Source: Candidatus Marinacidobacterales bacterium (lineage in GTDB: Bacteria > Acidobacteriota > Vicinamibacteria > Marinacidobacterales > SMYC01). From it: a stretch of 64,000 bases of DNA. The stretch spans positions 704,001 through 768,000 of the forward strand of contig CBDCYI010000005.1 of assembly GCA_965224085.1 (NCBI GenBank), written 5' to 3'. The notes under the pieces were generated by a model. That model did not search any database, was not told where the DNA came from, and was given only the letters and a program-made list of their open reading frames with translations. A program made the translations under genes and the position numbers. Below, piece by piece: positions 28,845 to 41,066 of this stretch; position 1 is the first letter of the stretch, and each line of letters opens with the position of its first letter.

Positions 28845-29597
28845 ATGACTGCTAGATACGATCGCCTGGAGCGGCTCGTGCGCGCCTGTATCCACGGGCT
28901 CGGCGCGCTTGCGTTCCCGGCCGAATGTCTCTTGTGCCACGAGCTCTTGCGGCGGCCGCTTTTGGGCCCGCTCTGCGAGCGCTGCATTGAGGCGCTGCCT
29001 CGTATCGAGCCACCATTTTGCGGATCCTGTGGTCTTCCCTACGCTCGGAGCGTTGCCCCCGGGCTATGCGGGCCGTGTCGCGGAGGCGAGCGGGTCTTCC
29101 GCAAGGCGCGCGCTGCGCTCCTCTACGATGATCGCGTGCAGCGTGTCCTGCATGCGTTGAAATTCGGCGGACGGGCGCGCCTCGGGACGCTTTTCGGGGG
29201 GCTGGCCGCCGAACGTTGGTGTCGGGCGGGAGAGCTCGAGGGCTACGCTGCCGTCGTCCCTTTGCCGCTTTCTTCGAGGCGGCGGCGTGCACGCGGATTC
29301 AATCAAGCGGCGATCGCGGCCCGCGCAGTGGCGACGATCGCGGGTGCTCCGATGCGCCCGCGCCTGCTCGTGAAGACGAGAGACAACCCCCCGCAAGCAG
29401 GGCTTTCGGCATCCGCGCGAAAGACCAACGTGTCAGGCGCCTATCGCGGCCGCATTCCGCAGAAGCTGGCCGGCTGCAGACTATTGTTGGTCGATGATGT
29501 TCTGACAACGGGCGCCACGGCGAGCGCTGCCGCTCGAGCGCTCCTTCGAGCCGGCGCTGGCACGGTGGATGTTCTTACGATCGCGCGGGTTCCGTGA
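28845..29597 (+). CDS. comF: ComF family protein
   Basis: Double Zn ribbon, RGFNQA and LLVDDVLTTGAT motifs. Confidence 0.92.
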   Translation: MTARYDRLERLVRACIHGLGALAFPAECLLCHELLRRPLLGPLCERCIEALPRIEPPFCGSCGLPYARSVAPGLCGPCRGGERVFRKARAALLYDDRVQRVLHALKFGGRARLGTLFGGLAAERWCRAGELEGYAAVVPLPLSSRRRRARGFNQAAIAARAVATIAGAPMRPRLLVKTRDNPPQAGLSASARKTNVSGAYRGRIPQKLAGCRLLLVDDVLTTGATASAAARALLRAGAGTVDVLTIARVP

Positions 29598-29659
29598 CCC
29601 GCCTTCGCCCTTCGGGCTACGGCGGGGCACGCCCCCTGCCTTTCGGGCTACGGCGGGGC
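29598..29659. repeat. REP-like tandem hairpins
   Basis: ttcgggctacggcggggc at 29611 and 29642; the first unit folds with a C(UUCG)G loop. Confidence 0.7.
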
Positions 29660-29755
29660 TTGCCGCCGCCGTTTTATACTAGCCAGACCAGCTGCTAGAA
29701 TGGAGAACCTGCTGAGGTCTCTCTACGCAGCTGATTTCAGACCGAGGAGTAGTTA

Positions 29756-30571
29756 ATGGCAACACGTATACTCGCGCTGACGGCGACGGCATGGCTCGTT
29801 TTCGGCAGCCTTGACACCGGGCTCCCTTGGAGCGAGGAGGGCGTCAAGCTCTTCTTGGAGAAAGCCATCGACAGCCTCGACGGACCCCTTAAAGGGTTCT
29901 ATGAGGATCGAGAAGTTTCTATCGTGGAGACCGCGAGCGATCCGACGATCTTCCCTCCACGCCTGCTCTTCGAAGTGGACCGCCTGGAGCCGTTTCCGTT
30001 TGCAGATCTCCCCGCCGACCGCAAGCGCGCGGTTCGCAAATACGGTGAGGAAGCGCTCGAGGAATCCGGGGATTTGCCGTGGCGCCTGATCGAAAGCTAC
30101 CACGCGCTCACGGAAGCGTTCAGGAGCTCGGATTATGAAGCCGCCATTCTACACTCCGCCGAGATCGCTCACTATGTCGGCGCCATGTATGTCCCGGTCA
30201 ATGTCTCGCGTGACGGTGATGGCGAGCCGACGGGGCAGCACGGATTGCGGGAGCGATTCGATTCACGCCTGGTCGAGGTGTACAGCAACAAGATCGATGT
30301 GCACACGCCCTCCGCTCTTTATCTCGACTATCCGGAGGAATATGCGATCTCGATACCTCGCAAGAGCTATATCTGGGTCGACAACCTTCTCTATTTCGAT
30401 TACTTGTCACGATTGGGCGTAAAAAGCTACGACCGCTTCTATTACGAGGGTATGTTTCTTCGCGCCGAGCCTTTGTTGGAAGAGCTTCTCGAGGGCGCCG
30501 CGCTCGATACCGGATGTTTCTGGTACACCGCATGGGTCGCCGCGCGCCGGCCTGAGCTCCCAGACAAATAG
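29756..30571 (+). CDS. secreted S1/P1 nuclease / Zn-phospholipase C-fold protein, degenerate metal ligands
   Basis: Signal peptide then W25; G.LPW, AHYV, DG..TGQ.G...RF.S and WYTAW..A.RP motifs. Confidence 0.75.
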   Translation: MATRILALTATAWLVFGSLDTGLPWSEEGVKLFLEKAIDSLDGPLKGFYEDREVSIVETASDPTIFPPRLLFEVDRLEPFPFADLPADRKRAVRKYGEEALEESGDLPWRLIESYHALTEAFRSSDYEAAILHSAEIAHYVGAMYVPVNVSRDGDGEPTGQHGLRERFDSRLVEVYSNKIDVHTPSALYLDYPEEYAISIPRKSYIWVDNLLYFDYLSRLGVKSYDRFYYEGMFLRAEPLLEELLEGAALDTGCFWYTAWVAARRPELPDK

Positions 30572-30616
30572 GCGGACGCTCGGCCAAAAAGACGAGCAGT
30601 AAGTACTAAGAGGGTA

Positions 30617-31255
30617 TTGGGATTGCCAGATAACGGCGAGTCTGTTTCTGTCAGCGAGCTCGAGGATCGGGAGTTGATCAAACGCTGCCGCGGCAACGGA
30701 AGTGTCAAAGAGCAGGCCTGGGAGGAAGTGGTCCGGCGTTTCCGGCGCCGCGTCTTCGGGATCGCGTACAAATTCACGGGACGCTACGAGGAGTCTCAGG
30801 ATCTGACCCAGGAAATATTTCTGCGTGTCTTCCGCTCGCTGGACAAGTTCGACGCCAATGCTGATTTCGGAACGTGGCTCTATTCCGTCAGCCGCAACCA
30901 CTGCATCGACCACTATCGCAGCGGTCGCCGCGAAAGAGAGTCCCTCGTCCAGCACGAGGTCCATCTCGAGGAGTTGGCGTCTGTGCGTTTCGACCCTCAT
31001 CGCGCGGTCGAGGTGCGCGACAAGCGAGAAATGCTCCTCGAGGCGCTCTCCGGTCTACCCGATAAGCTGGGGGAGGCGGTGGTGCTGCGCGACATCAAAG
31101 GACTGTCGTATCAAGAGATTGTGGAACAATTGGAGCTTCCGGAAGGTACCGTGAAGAGCCGGATCAATCGTGGACGACTCGAGCTCGGTCGAGCTCTCGT
31201 CGTGATACGAAACCGTTCGAAAGGGCGAACGGAATCAACGGGTAACGTATTATGA
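30617..31255 (+). CDS. ECF sigma-70 factor
   Basis: QDLTQEIF, FGTWLYSVSRN, LSYQEI and GTVKSRINRGR motifs. Confidence 0.95.
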   Translation: MGLPDNGESVSVSELEDRELIKRCRGNGSVKEQAWEEVVRRFRRRVFGIAYKFTGRYEESQDLTQEIFLRVFRSLDKFDANADFGTWLYSVSRNHCIDHYRSGRRERESLVQHEVHLEELASVRFDPHRAVEVRDKREMLLEALSGLPDKLGEAVVLRDIKGLSYQEIVEQLELPEGTVKSRINRGRLELGRALVVIRNRSKGRTESTGNVL

Positions 31256-31587
31256 ATCTTCGAATCGACACTCAAGATGACATCAAAATCGTTCGTGTCA
31301 AGGAGGAGCGGCTCGTCTACGCCATGCTGAGCTCTTTTTTCTCGGAGGTCTCGGCGGTCGTCGAATCGGGCGCCAAAAAGCTCGTGATCGACTTGAGCGA
31401 TGTCAACTATATCGACAGCGCCTCCGTGGGCTGCCTGATGGATATCTACCGTTCCGTTGCCGAAGGCTCCGGCACGATCAAGCTCGTAGGGCTTCAAGAG
31501 CGCGTCGAGACCATGGTGAGCATGACGGGTCTTCACAATTTCATGGAAATCTTCCGGGACGAAAAAACCGCCCTCGAGAGTTTCTGA
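31252..31587 (+). CDS. STAS domain anti-sigma antagonist
   Basis: LVIDLSDVNYIDSASVGCL; ATGA overlap with the ECF gene. Confidence 0.92.
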   Translation: MNLRIDTQDDIKIVRVKEERLVYAMLSSFFSEVSAVVESGAKKLVIDLSDVNYIDSASVGCLMDIYRSVAEGSGTIKLVGLQERVETMVSMTGLHNFMEIFRDEKTALESF

Positions 31588-31613
31588 GGGATGGCGAGCA
31601 CGGGGCGGAAGCT

Positions 31614-31907
31614 ATGAAGAAAGTCAAAATGTTGACGGGACAAGAGATTCCTCTCGATGGGGATCTTCTCTTTGTGTTGGAATCGCTCTATCGCGAAGTC
31701 GCGCTCAAACGCGAGCTCAGAGCGACGTTTGATGACATGATGAGCGAGATCGTAAACATCGTGGAGGGCATGGACGAAGAGACGCGCAAGCAGTACCTCA
31801 TCGAAAGCCTCTTCTTGAATACGGTGACATACGAGAACGAACGACTTGGAGCTTACATGAAAAAGCTGAGCGGTCAGGCGGGCGAGGACAAAGGATCGAA
31901 GCTATGA
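31614..31907 (+). CDS. hypothetical 97-aa helical protein
   Basis: Operon position; ATGA overlap with the next gene. Confidence 0.75.
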   Translation: MKKVKMLTGQEIPLDGDLLFVLESLYREVALKRELRATFDDMMSEIVNIVEGMDEETRKQYLIESLFLNTVTYENERLGAYMKKLSGQAGEDKGSKL

Positions 31908-32323
31908 AACGCGACCGAGCCCTGCACGTCGTCGGGATTCTGATGCTCGTCGCAGCGGGAGCGACGGCCTTTGCCGGGACGGCGCAGATTAACAAGAGCG
32001 GCCCGCGTATGGAAATCGAACCGAGCGATCACGACTTTGGCGGCGTCAAACCGAATCAAGAGCTGCTGCACGTATTCACCGTGTCGAACGTAGGTACCGA
32101 GCCTCTCGAGATCCGTCGCATCTCCACATCCTGCGGCTGCACCGCCGCGATCGCGAAAACCCGTGTTTTGGACCCCGGTGAATCCACGACGCTCGAAGTG
32201 GCGCTCGAGACGCGGAAGTACAAGGGCGTCATCGAAAAGAGCGTTTCCGTGGCGTCGAACGACCCTGCCCGCGTGCACACGGTACGCGTGAAAGCCTTCG
32301 TGGAAGTGCCCGAGGTGCACTAG
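31904..32323 (+). CDS. DUF1573 Ig-like secreted protein
   Basis: Signal peptide; HDFG, NVGTEPL.I, SCGCT and SNDP motifs. Confidence 0.88.
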   Translation: MKRDRALHVVGILMLVAAGATAFAGTAQINKSGPRMEIEPSDHDFGGVKPNQELLHVFTVSNVGTEPLEIRRISTSCGCTAAIAKTRVLDPGESTTLEVALETRKYKGVIEKSVSVASNDPARVHTVRVKAFVEVPEVH

Positions 32324-32516
32324 CCTGCCCGGACACGGGGGAGCGATTCTGACGGGTTGCAGCTAGATCAATACTCAGAAAAGCGTAACGCAAAGCCGCA
32401 AAGGAAAGACAAGAAAAGGAACGAAGATGAGAGGAAACGCTCTTGTCGCTAAATTTTGCCGCGGCCTGGCCTATCAGGGGGGTAGCTGGAAGCCGGTAGC
32501 AACTCGGATTGCGGGA

Positions 32517-33443
32517 CTAGCGGGACGTTCGGGCGAGTAGTGGCTGGGCGACTTTGGCGGCGATCGGTGTTGGCGTCGGCTCCGTGACGAGCTCCCAGTT
32601 TTCCGGCGTTCCGAGGATGGCCTGGACAAGCCTCGTGTGCAGCTCGTGGCCGGCGCGCATCGCGACGACATGGGCGTGGAGCGGTCTTCCGAGCAATACG
32701 AGATCGCCGAGCAAATCGAGAACCTTGTGGCGTACGAACTCGTCCGGGAAACGCAAGGGGTTGTTCAAAACACCGGTTTCACCGAGAACGACGGCGTTAT
32801 CGAGCGAGCCGCCTAGGGCGAGGCCGCTCTGCCGCATGAGCTCGACGTCTTTCAGGAATCCGAAGGTCCGCGCGGGAGCAATTTCTTCGACGAAGCTGGT
32901 CTCATCGATCTCCGCCGAATATTCCTGGTGCCGGAGAAGAGGGTGCGCGAAGTTGATGGTGTAGCTGAGCTTCAATCTATCCGAAGGATAGGCCGTGACG
33001 GACCGTCCTCCATCCGTCACGGAGATAGGGCTTGTTAGCTTGATGACGGAACGGGCCGTCGTGAGCTTGCGAATGCCCGCCTCATGAATGAGGTAAATAA
33101 ACGCTGCTGCGCTTCCGTCCATGATAGGCACTTCGGCGCCATCGAGCTCTACGATCACGTTGTCGACGCCGAGCGAGCGAAACGCGGCTAGCAGGTGCTC
33201 GACGGTCTCGATGCGCACGTTATCCCGCGCCAGGCACGTGGCGTGATTGATGTGGGAAAGATGTTCCACCGTGGCAGGGATGTCCCTATCGGACCCGGCA
33301 GCTATGGCAGGTAAATCCACGCGTCGAAAAACGATACCATGATCGGCGGGTGCGGGCTTGAGCGTCAGTTCGACTCTTCGGCCAGAATGAAGGCCAATCC
33401 CGACGCAGCTGGTGACTTCTTTGAGGGTTGTTTGCTTCTGCAT
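32517..33443 (-). CDS. lpxC: UDP-3-O-acyl-N-acetylglucosamine deacetylase
   Basis: GIGLHSG, TVEHL, PIMDGSA, ARTFG and RHKVLD motifs. Confidence 0.97.
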   Translation of the reverse strand: MQKQTTLKEVTSCVGIGLHSGRRVELTLKPAPADHGIVFRRVDLPAIAAGSDRDIPATVEHLSHINHATCLARDNVRIETVEHLLAAFRSLGVDNVIVELDGAEVPIMDGSAAAFIYLIHEAGIRKLTTARSVIKLTSPISVTDGGRSVTAYPSDRLKLSYTINFAHPLLRHQEYSAEIDETSFVEEIAPARTFGFLKDVELMRQSGLALGGSLDNAVVLGETGVLNNPLRFPDEFVRHKVLDLLGDLVLLGRPLHAHVVAMRAGHELHTRLVQAILGTPENWELVTEPTPTPIAAKVAQPLLARTSR

Positions 33444-33470
33444 GCGTCTGACGTTCCGGGGCCTGATTAA

Positions 33471-33486
33471 AGCAACTATCATGCCA
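33471..33486 (-). promoter_or_regulatory. sigma54 -24/-12 promoter upstream of lpxC
   Basis: Minus strand TGGCATGATAGTTGCT (GG-N10-GC). Confidence 0.7.
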
Positions 33487-33683
33487 GGCGATGAGCCGGC
33501 CGTGCACGCTCAAATAGTGGCTGGGGCGCAGTTTAGAAGCCTATCGCATCTTCGCGTTGAGAGGGTGTATCGCGTGAGACACACCTCATCGCTGCCGGGT
33601 GTATCTTTTACGCACTTTTCGGGAGCTCCCGACGTTTCTGATAGGATAGGGCTTCCCCCAAATTTGGAGGCCGATTTTCGGAC

Positions 33684-33930
33684 ATGCGACTTGTGGGCAA
33701 GACGGCCTTGATAACGGGTGCGGCTTCCGGGTATCGGCCGCGCGGCGGCCCTGTTGTTTGCGGCAAAGGGCGCGAAGCTTGCGTTGAACGACGTGCACGG
33801 CCCGTCGGCTTGGCAGCTCGATCGCGACGTCTATTCCGAGCATATCTTCCCAGCGACGAAGCGAGCTATATTACAGGGCAGGTACTGTTCTTCGATAGCG
33901 GCGTGAGTGTGGGCCTCCTGAAGATTGTGA
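33684..33930 (+). pseudogene. SDR oxidoreductase relic
   Basis: GKTALITGAASG-IGRAAALLFA (frameshift) joined to SDEASYITGQVLFFDSG. Confidence 0.85.
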
Positions 33931-33952
33931 CGGGTCGGAGGAACACGGGCCT

Positions 33953-34516
33953 ATGATCGCTGAACAGACGCCGTCGGAATCGGAGCAAGGCGATCGCATG
34001 GATTTTGGTAGTTACCTTCAGCAAAGTATCCAAATCCTACAGCTTGATACCGACGCCATTCGGGACGTCTCTAAAGACGAAGATGCGCTCCTCCCAGCGC
34101 TGATTTTCTTTGCCGTGTCGGGACTTGCGATCGGTGCAGGCCGCCATAGTTTCGAAACTCTCATCTTCGGACCGATCCTTGCAGCGCTACTTTCTTTCGT
34201 CTTCGTCGGTCTTCTGAATATCCTCTCGCGACTCTTCGGTGGCTCGGCGAGTTTTCTCGATCTCTATCGTCCGCTCGGGCTGGCTGCACCGGTCCAGTGG
34301 GTGCAAGCCGTTCCTATCATCGGACCTTTTCTAGGATTCTTTGCGCTCGTCTACCTGGCGGTGATTGCCGGGCTGACGCTCGAATGTGTCGGCGCCCTCT
34401 CACGCCCAAGAGCCGCAGCCGTCATAGCACTTCTCGCCGGCATCAGCTTGTTTCTCTTTCTCGTGTTCTTTGCAATGGTCGGCTCGCTCCTGCTCTTCCG
34501 TGCGCTCTTCTCCTGA
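33953..34516 (+). CDS. Yip1-like membrane protein
   Basis: Five hydrophobic segments; LFGG and PIIG motifs. Confidence 0.7.
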   Translation: MIAEQTPSESEQGDRMDFGSYLQQSIQILQLDTDAIRDVSKDEDALLPALIFFAVSGLAIGAGRHSFETLIFGPILAALLSFVFVGLLNILSRLFGGSASFLDLYRPLGLAAPVQWVQAVPIIGPFLGFFALVYLAVIAGLTLECVGALSRPRAAAVIALLAGISLFLFLVFFAMVGSLLLFRALFS

Positions 34517-34598
34517 CGACAGAGCTCGAAAGAGAACTACTTGCGTCTTCGCCTTCTTTTCTCTACCTTAGTGTTGGAAATAGGAGGCAACGGGCCCG

Positions 34599-37144
<2,546 letters not shown>

Positions 37145-37145
<1 letters not shown>

Positions 37146-39055
37146 TGGCGTCTTACACCGCGAAGGACATCACCGTTCTTCAAGGCCTCGAGCCGGTGCG
37201 GAAGCGCCCCGGCATGTACATTGGGGGCGTTTCATCGCACGGCCTTCACCATCTCATCTGGGAGGTGCTCGACAATAGCGTCGACGAAGCGATGAACGGC
37301 TATGCGAGCGCGATTCAGCTCACGCTCCACGCTGACGGCTCCTCGGTCACAGTCTCGGATGACGGACGCGGCATTCCCGTCGACAAACACCCGCGCGCGA
37401 AAAAGTCGGCGCTCGAGATCATCCTCACGACGCTGCATGCGGGCGGCAAGTTCGAAGGTCAGAACTACAAGACGGCGGGAGGGCTCCACGGTGTCGGTGC
37501 CTCCGTCGTGAACGCGCTCTCATCGCATCTCGTCGCGACCGTGAAGCGGAACGGAAGCGTCTACGAGATGAAGTTCAAGGCGGGAAAGCCCATTACCAAG
37601 CTCCGAAAAAATGGCGCGGGGCGCGGCACGGGGACGAAGATCACTTTTCATCCCGACCCGAAGATCTTTCCGAAGACTCGCTTCAACCCGAACACCATCC
37701 GCGAGCGGCTCGAGACGACGAGCTATCTGCACAAAGGCCTCCGCATCACGTTCATCGACGAGGTCAACAAGACAAAGACGGTGTTCGAGCATTCGGAGGG
37801 GATCAGCGCCTATCTTGCCCGCATCCTCTCTGACCGACGAGCGAAGCCGGTGCACGAGGCGCCTTTTGTGCTCGAGCGTGCGCAGAATGGGGAAGGCACG
37901 CGGATCGAGCTCGTAGGTCAATGGACGGAGTCGACCGACGAGCTCGTTAGAAGTCACGTCAATGGCATCCCGACTGCCTCAGGAGGCTCACACGAAAACG
38001 GCCTCCGCTCCGGCCTTGGAAAGGCGATCCGCAACTACATCGAAACGCACAAGCTCGCGCCGAAAGGCGTCACGCTTTCTTCGGAAGACATACGAGAAGG
38101 TCTCGTCGCGGTGCTGAGCATCTTCGTGACCGATCCGCAGTTCCAGGGCCAGACGAAAGACCGCCTCAACAATCCCGAAGTCCAGCAATATATCGACGGA
38201 GCGGTGCGGCCCGGGCTCGAGCACTGGCTCAACCACAATCGCTCGGCGGCCGAAGCCATCGTCGCGCGCATCATCCTCGCCGGTCGAGCGCGTGAAGCCT
38301 CCCGCGCGGCTTCGGCGGCGGTGACCCGCAAGAGTGCAACGACCGCGCGGCTGATGCTTCCGGGAAAGCTCAGCGACTGCACCGCGACCCGCTCGGCGGA
38401 TACGGAGCTGTTCATTGTCGAGGGCGACTCGGCTGGCGGCTCCGCCAAACAAGGACGGGATCGCGCGCGACAAGCCGTGCTGCCGCTTCGCGGCAAAGTC
38501 TTGAACACCGAGCAAGCATCGCTCGCGAAAGTCCTCGAGAACAAAGAGCTCGCCGATCTCGTTCAAGCGCTCGGGTGCGATCTTGGCAAGAGCTTCGATT
38601 TGTCGAAGCTTCGCTATCAGCGCGTGATTCTGCTGGCCGATGCGGACGCGGACGGCCATCACATCACAACCCTTCTGTTGACCTTCATCTATCGGCACAT
38701 GCCGGAGCTCATCCGCGCCGGGCGCATCTACATCGCGCAGCCGCCCTTGTACCGAATCGATATCGGCAAAGAGACGTTTTGGGCGGCCGACGAAGCGGCG
38801 CGGGCACGCATCATGGAAAGACACGGCAAGGGCAAGAAAGCCGACATCACGCGCTTCAAAGGCCTCGGTGAGATGATGCCTAAAGTGTTGTGGGAGACCA
38901 CGCTCAACCCCAAGACGCGCCGCCTTCAACGCGTCCGCATCGAGGACGCGCTCCGAACGGACCGCATCATCTCAGCTCTGATGGGGAAAGATCCATCGGC
39001 GCGCTTCAACTTCATCATGGAGCGCGCCGTTACGGCCGAGCAGCTCGACGTGTAG
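37145..39055 (+). CDS. parE: type IIA topoisomerase subunit B (Topo IV-like)
   Basis: VRKRPGMYIG, LHAGGKF, VEGDSAGGS, PLRGK, DADADG and RFKGLGEM motifs. Confidence 0.88.
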
Positions 39056-39064
39056 GATCGGCCC

Positions 39065-40303
39065 GTGAAGCATGTGAAGAGAGTTGCTCTCGGGGCCGTT
39101 CTTCTCCTCGTGCTGCTCGTTGTTGTCGTGTGGTCGGTCGACGTCGACGCCACCGCTATGGGGCGAAGCGCGCTCAGGGCGGCTAGCGCCTCCACCGGGA
39201 CACGGTTCAAGGGCTCCCAGTTCCACTTCGATCTGTTCCGAGGCCTTCGGATAGAGGGTATTGATGCCGGCGCGTCTTTTCCGAGCGTGCGGTACGAGCT
39301 TGCGATACCGGAAACGCGGTTCGAACATCGCTTCACGCCGCTTCTGCGTCGCCAGGTCGCCATCGAACGCGTGGTCGTGAAAAAACCGCGTGTTGAGTTC
39401 GTCTACGGCCTTCCCATCGAGAACGAAGCTCCCCCCTCGCCCGTGCGCAGCGACCCTCCGTCGCAGAGGTCCGGCGCTGAAGGCCCCTCGCCCCCGCGGT
39501 CGCCCAATCTATCCCCCAATCTATCCCATAATCTATCGATGACACCGTCGGAGATCGTGATCCAAGACGGAACGATCTACTTGAGGGATGCGAGGCGGCG
39601 AGGCAACGGCATTACGGTGGGCGGACTCGACCTCGCACTGAGCGGTCCGGAAGTCGCGACCGGCGCCCTGACGCTGCTGCACGCGATCACCGGTTCGGGT
39701 GTGCTCGCCGCGCGCGCGCTGCGTTTCGGTGATATGCAGGCGCGAGACGCGTCCGCAGCGCTCTCGATGGCAGGAGGGCGTATCGACTTGGAGGGCGAAG
39801 TGCTCCTGGAAATAGGCGTCGTGCGCGGTAGCGTGCATCTCGATTTCAATTCCTTGCCCTTCCGCCACCGGATCTCGGTCCAGGGCCGGCTCGCCGGCGT
39901 CCCGGGCGTCGTGAGCTTGGACTTGGCGGGGTTTGGGCTCGATCCGAAAAACATCTCGGGCGACGGACACCTCGCGATCCCGGACGGCCGTTTCGATGAC
40001 GCGCCGCTCTGGGAAGCGCTCGGTCTCGTCGGACAGGACCATCACCCCGACGAAGTCTCGATCAAGATCGGGGATGGAAAGATTCTTCTTGACGGCAGCT
40101 GGCTAAAAGGGTCGATCGATTTCGGGGGTGCGCTCGAGCTTCAAGTGCAAGGCGAGTCCGTCTCGGGAACGTGGGAGAGGCCGGTGGGCCATCTCAGTCC
40201 CGATGGGTCTTCTCGAAGCGAAGCGCCGCGATCTGCTCCGAGAGAAGGCCGAACAGAAACAGCCCCGCCGAGCCCGCCAATAGAAGCACCGACGTATTGG
40301 TGA
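39065..40303 (+). CDS. AsmA-like protein
   Basis: N-terminal TM, beta-rich body, VSGTWERP near the C-terminus, and a Pro-rich SPNL x3 insert. Confidence 0.6.
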   Translation: MKHVKRVALGAVLLLVLLVVVVWSVDVDATAMGRSALRAASASTGTRFKGSQFHFDLFRGLRIEGIDAGASFPSVRYELAIPETRFEHRFTPLLRRQVAIERVVVKKPRVEFVYGLPIENEAPPSPVRSDPPSQRSGAEGPSPPRSPNLSPNLSHNLSMTPSEIVIQDGTIYLRDARRRGNGITVGGLDLALSGPEVATGALTLLHAITGSGVLAARALRFGDMQARDASAALSMAGGRIDLEGEVLLEIGVVRGSVHLDFNSLPFRHRISVQGRLAGVPGVVSLDLAGFGLDPKNISGDGHLAIPDGRFDDAPLWEALGLVGQDHHPDEVSIKIGDGKILLDGSWLKGSIDFGGALELQVQGESVSGTWERPVGHLSPDGSSRSEAPRSAPREGRTETAPPSPPIEAPTYW

Positions 40304-41066
40304 CGTGCATCTCGTCGATGATTGTGTAGACCATGTAGCCCGCGCCGACGATGAAGAACGTGAGCGCTACGGGGAAAAAGATCCTGAGCGGGCTGAAGAG
40401 TGTGATCATCCTCAGAATGAGCATGACGAAACGCCAGCCTTCACGGGAGGGACGCATCTTGCTCTTTTCCTTGCCCCCGCGTTTCTTGCCTTCGATGGGG
40501 ACGAAACACACGCTGTAGCCGGCTTTAATGAAAGCGAGCGTGCTCGTGGCCGGATAGCTGAAGCCGTTCGGGAACAAGTGGATGAACTCGCGGATTCGAT
40601 CGCGCCGCGCCGCGCGGAACCCGGAGGTCAAATCCCAAATCTTGAAGCCCGAGAGCATCGTGGCGAAGCGGTTGAGCGCGGCGTTTCCGAGGCCTCTCGA
40701 TAGCGTCGCCTGGTCGCTGAAGGATCGAACTCCGACCGCGAGGTCGTATTCCGGAAGCTTCGCCATCAGTTTTACGATCTCTTTCGGCGGGTGCTGTCCG
40801 TCCGCGTCCATGAGCAGGACGAAATCGCCTTCGGCGGCGCGCAGAGCACTCTTGACAGCCGCGCCGTTGCCCTTGTTGTAGGGGTGGCAGACGACTTTGG
40901 CACCCGTCCCTTTGGCTCGGGCTGCGGTCCCGTCGGACGAGCCGTCATCGACAACAACGATCTCTTTCCAGTTGCCGAGGCTTTGGACCTCGGCGATGAC
41001 GCTGGCGATGCCGCTTTCTTCTTCGAAGGCGGGTATGAGAACACTCGTCCGCTCGACGATCTTCAT
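40194..41066 (-). CDS. GT2 glycosyltransferase (DPM/GtrB-like)
   Basis: VVDDGSSDGT, MDADGQH and DLTSGFR motifs; two C-terminal TMs. Confidence 0.92.
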   Translation of the reverse strand: MKIVERTSVLIPAFEEESGIASVIAEVQSLGNWKEIVVVDDGSSDGTAARAKGTGAKVVCHPYNKGNGAAVKSALRAAEGDFVLLMDADGQHPPKEIVKLMAKLPEYDLAVGVRSFSDQATLSRGLGNAALNRFATMLSGFKIWDLTSGFRAARRDRIREFIHLFPNGFSYPATSTLAFIKAGYSVCFVPIEGKKRGGKEKSKMRPSREGWRFVMLILRMITLFSPLRIFFPVALTFFIVGAGYMVYTIIDEMHVTNTSVLLLAGSAGLFLFGLLSEQIAALRFEKTHRD

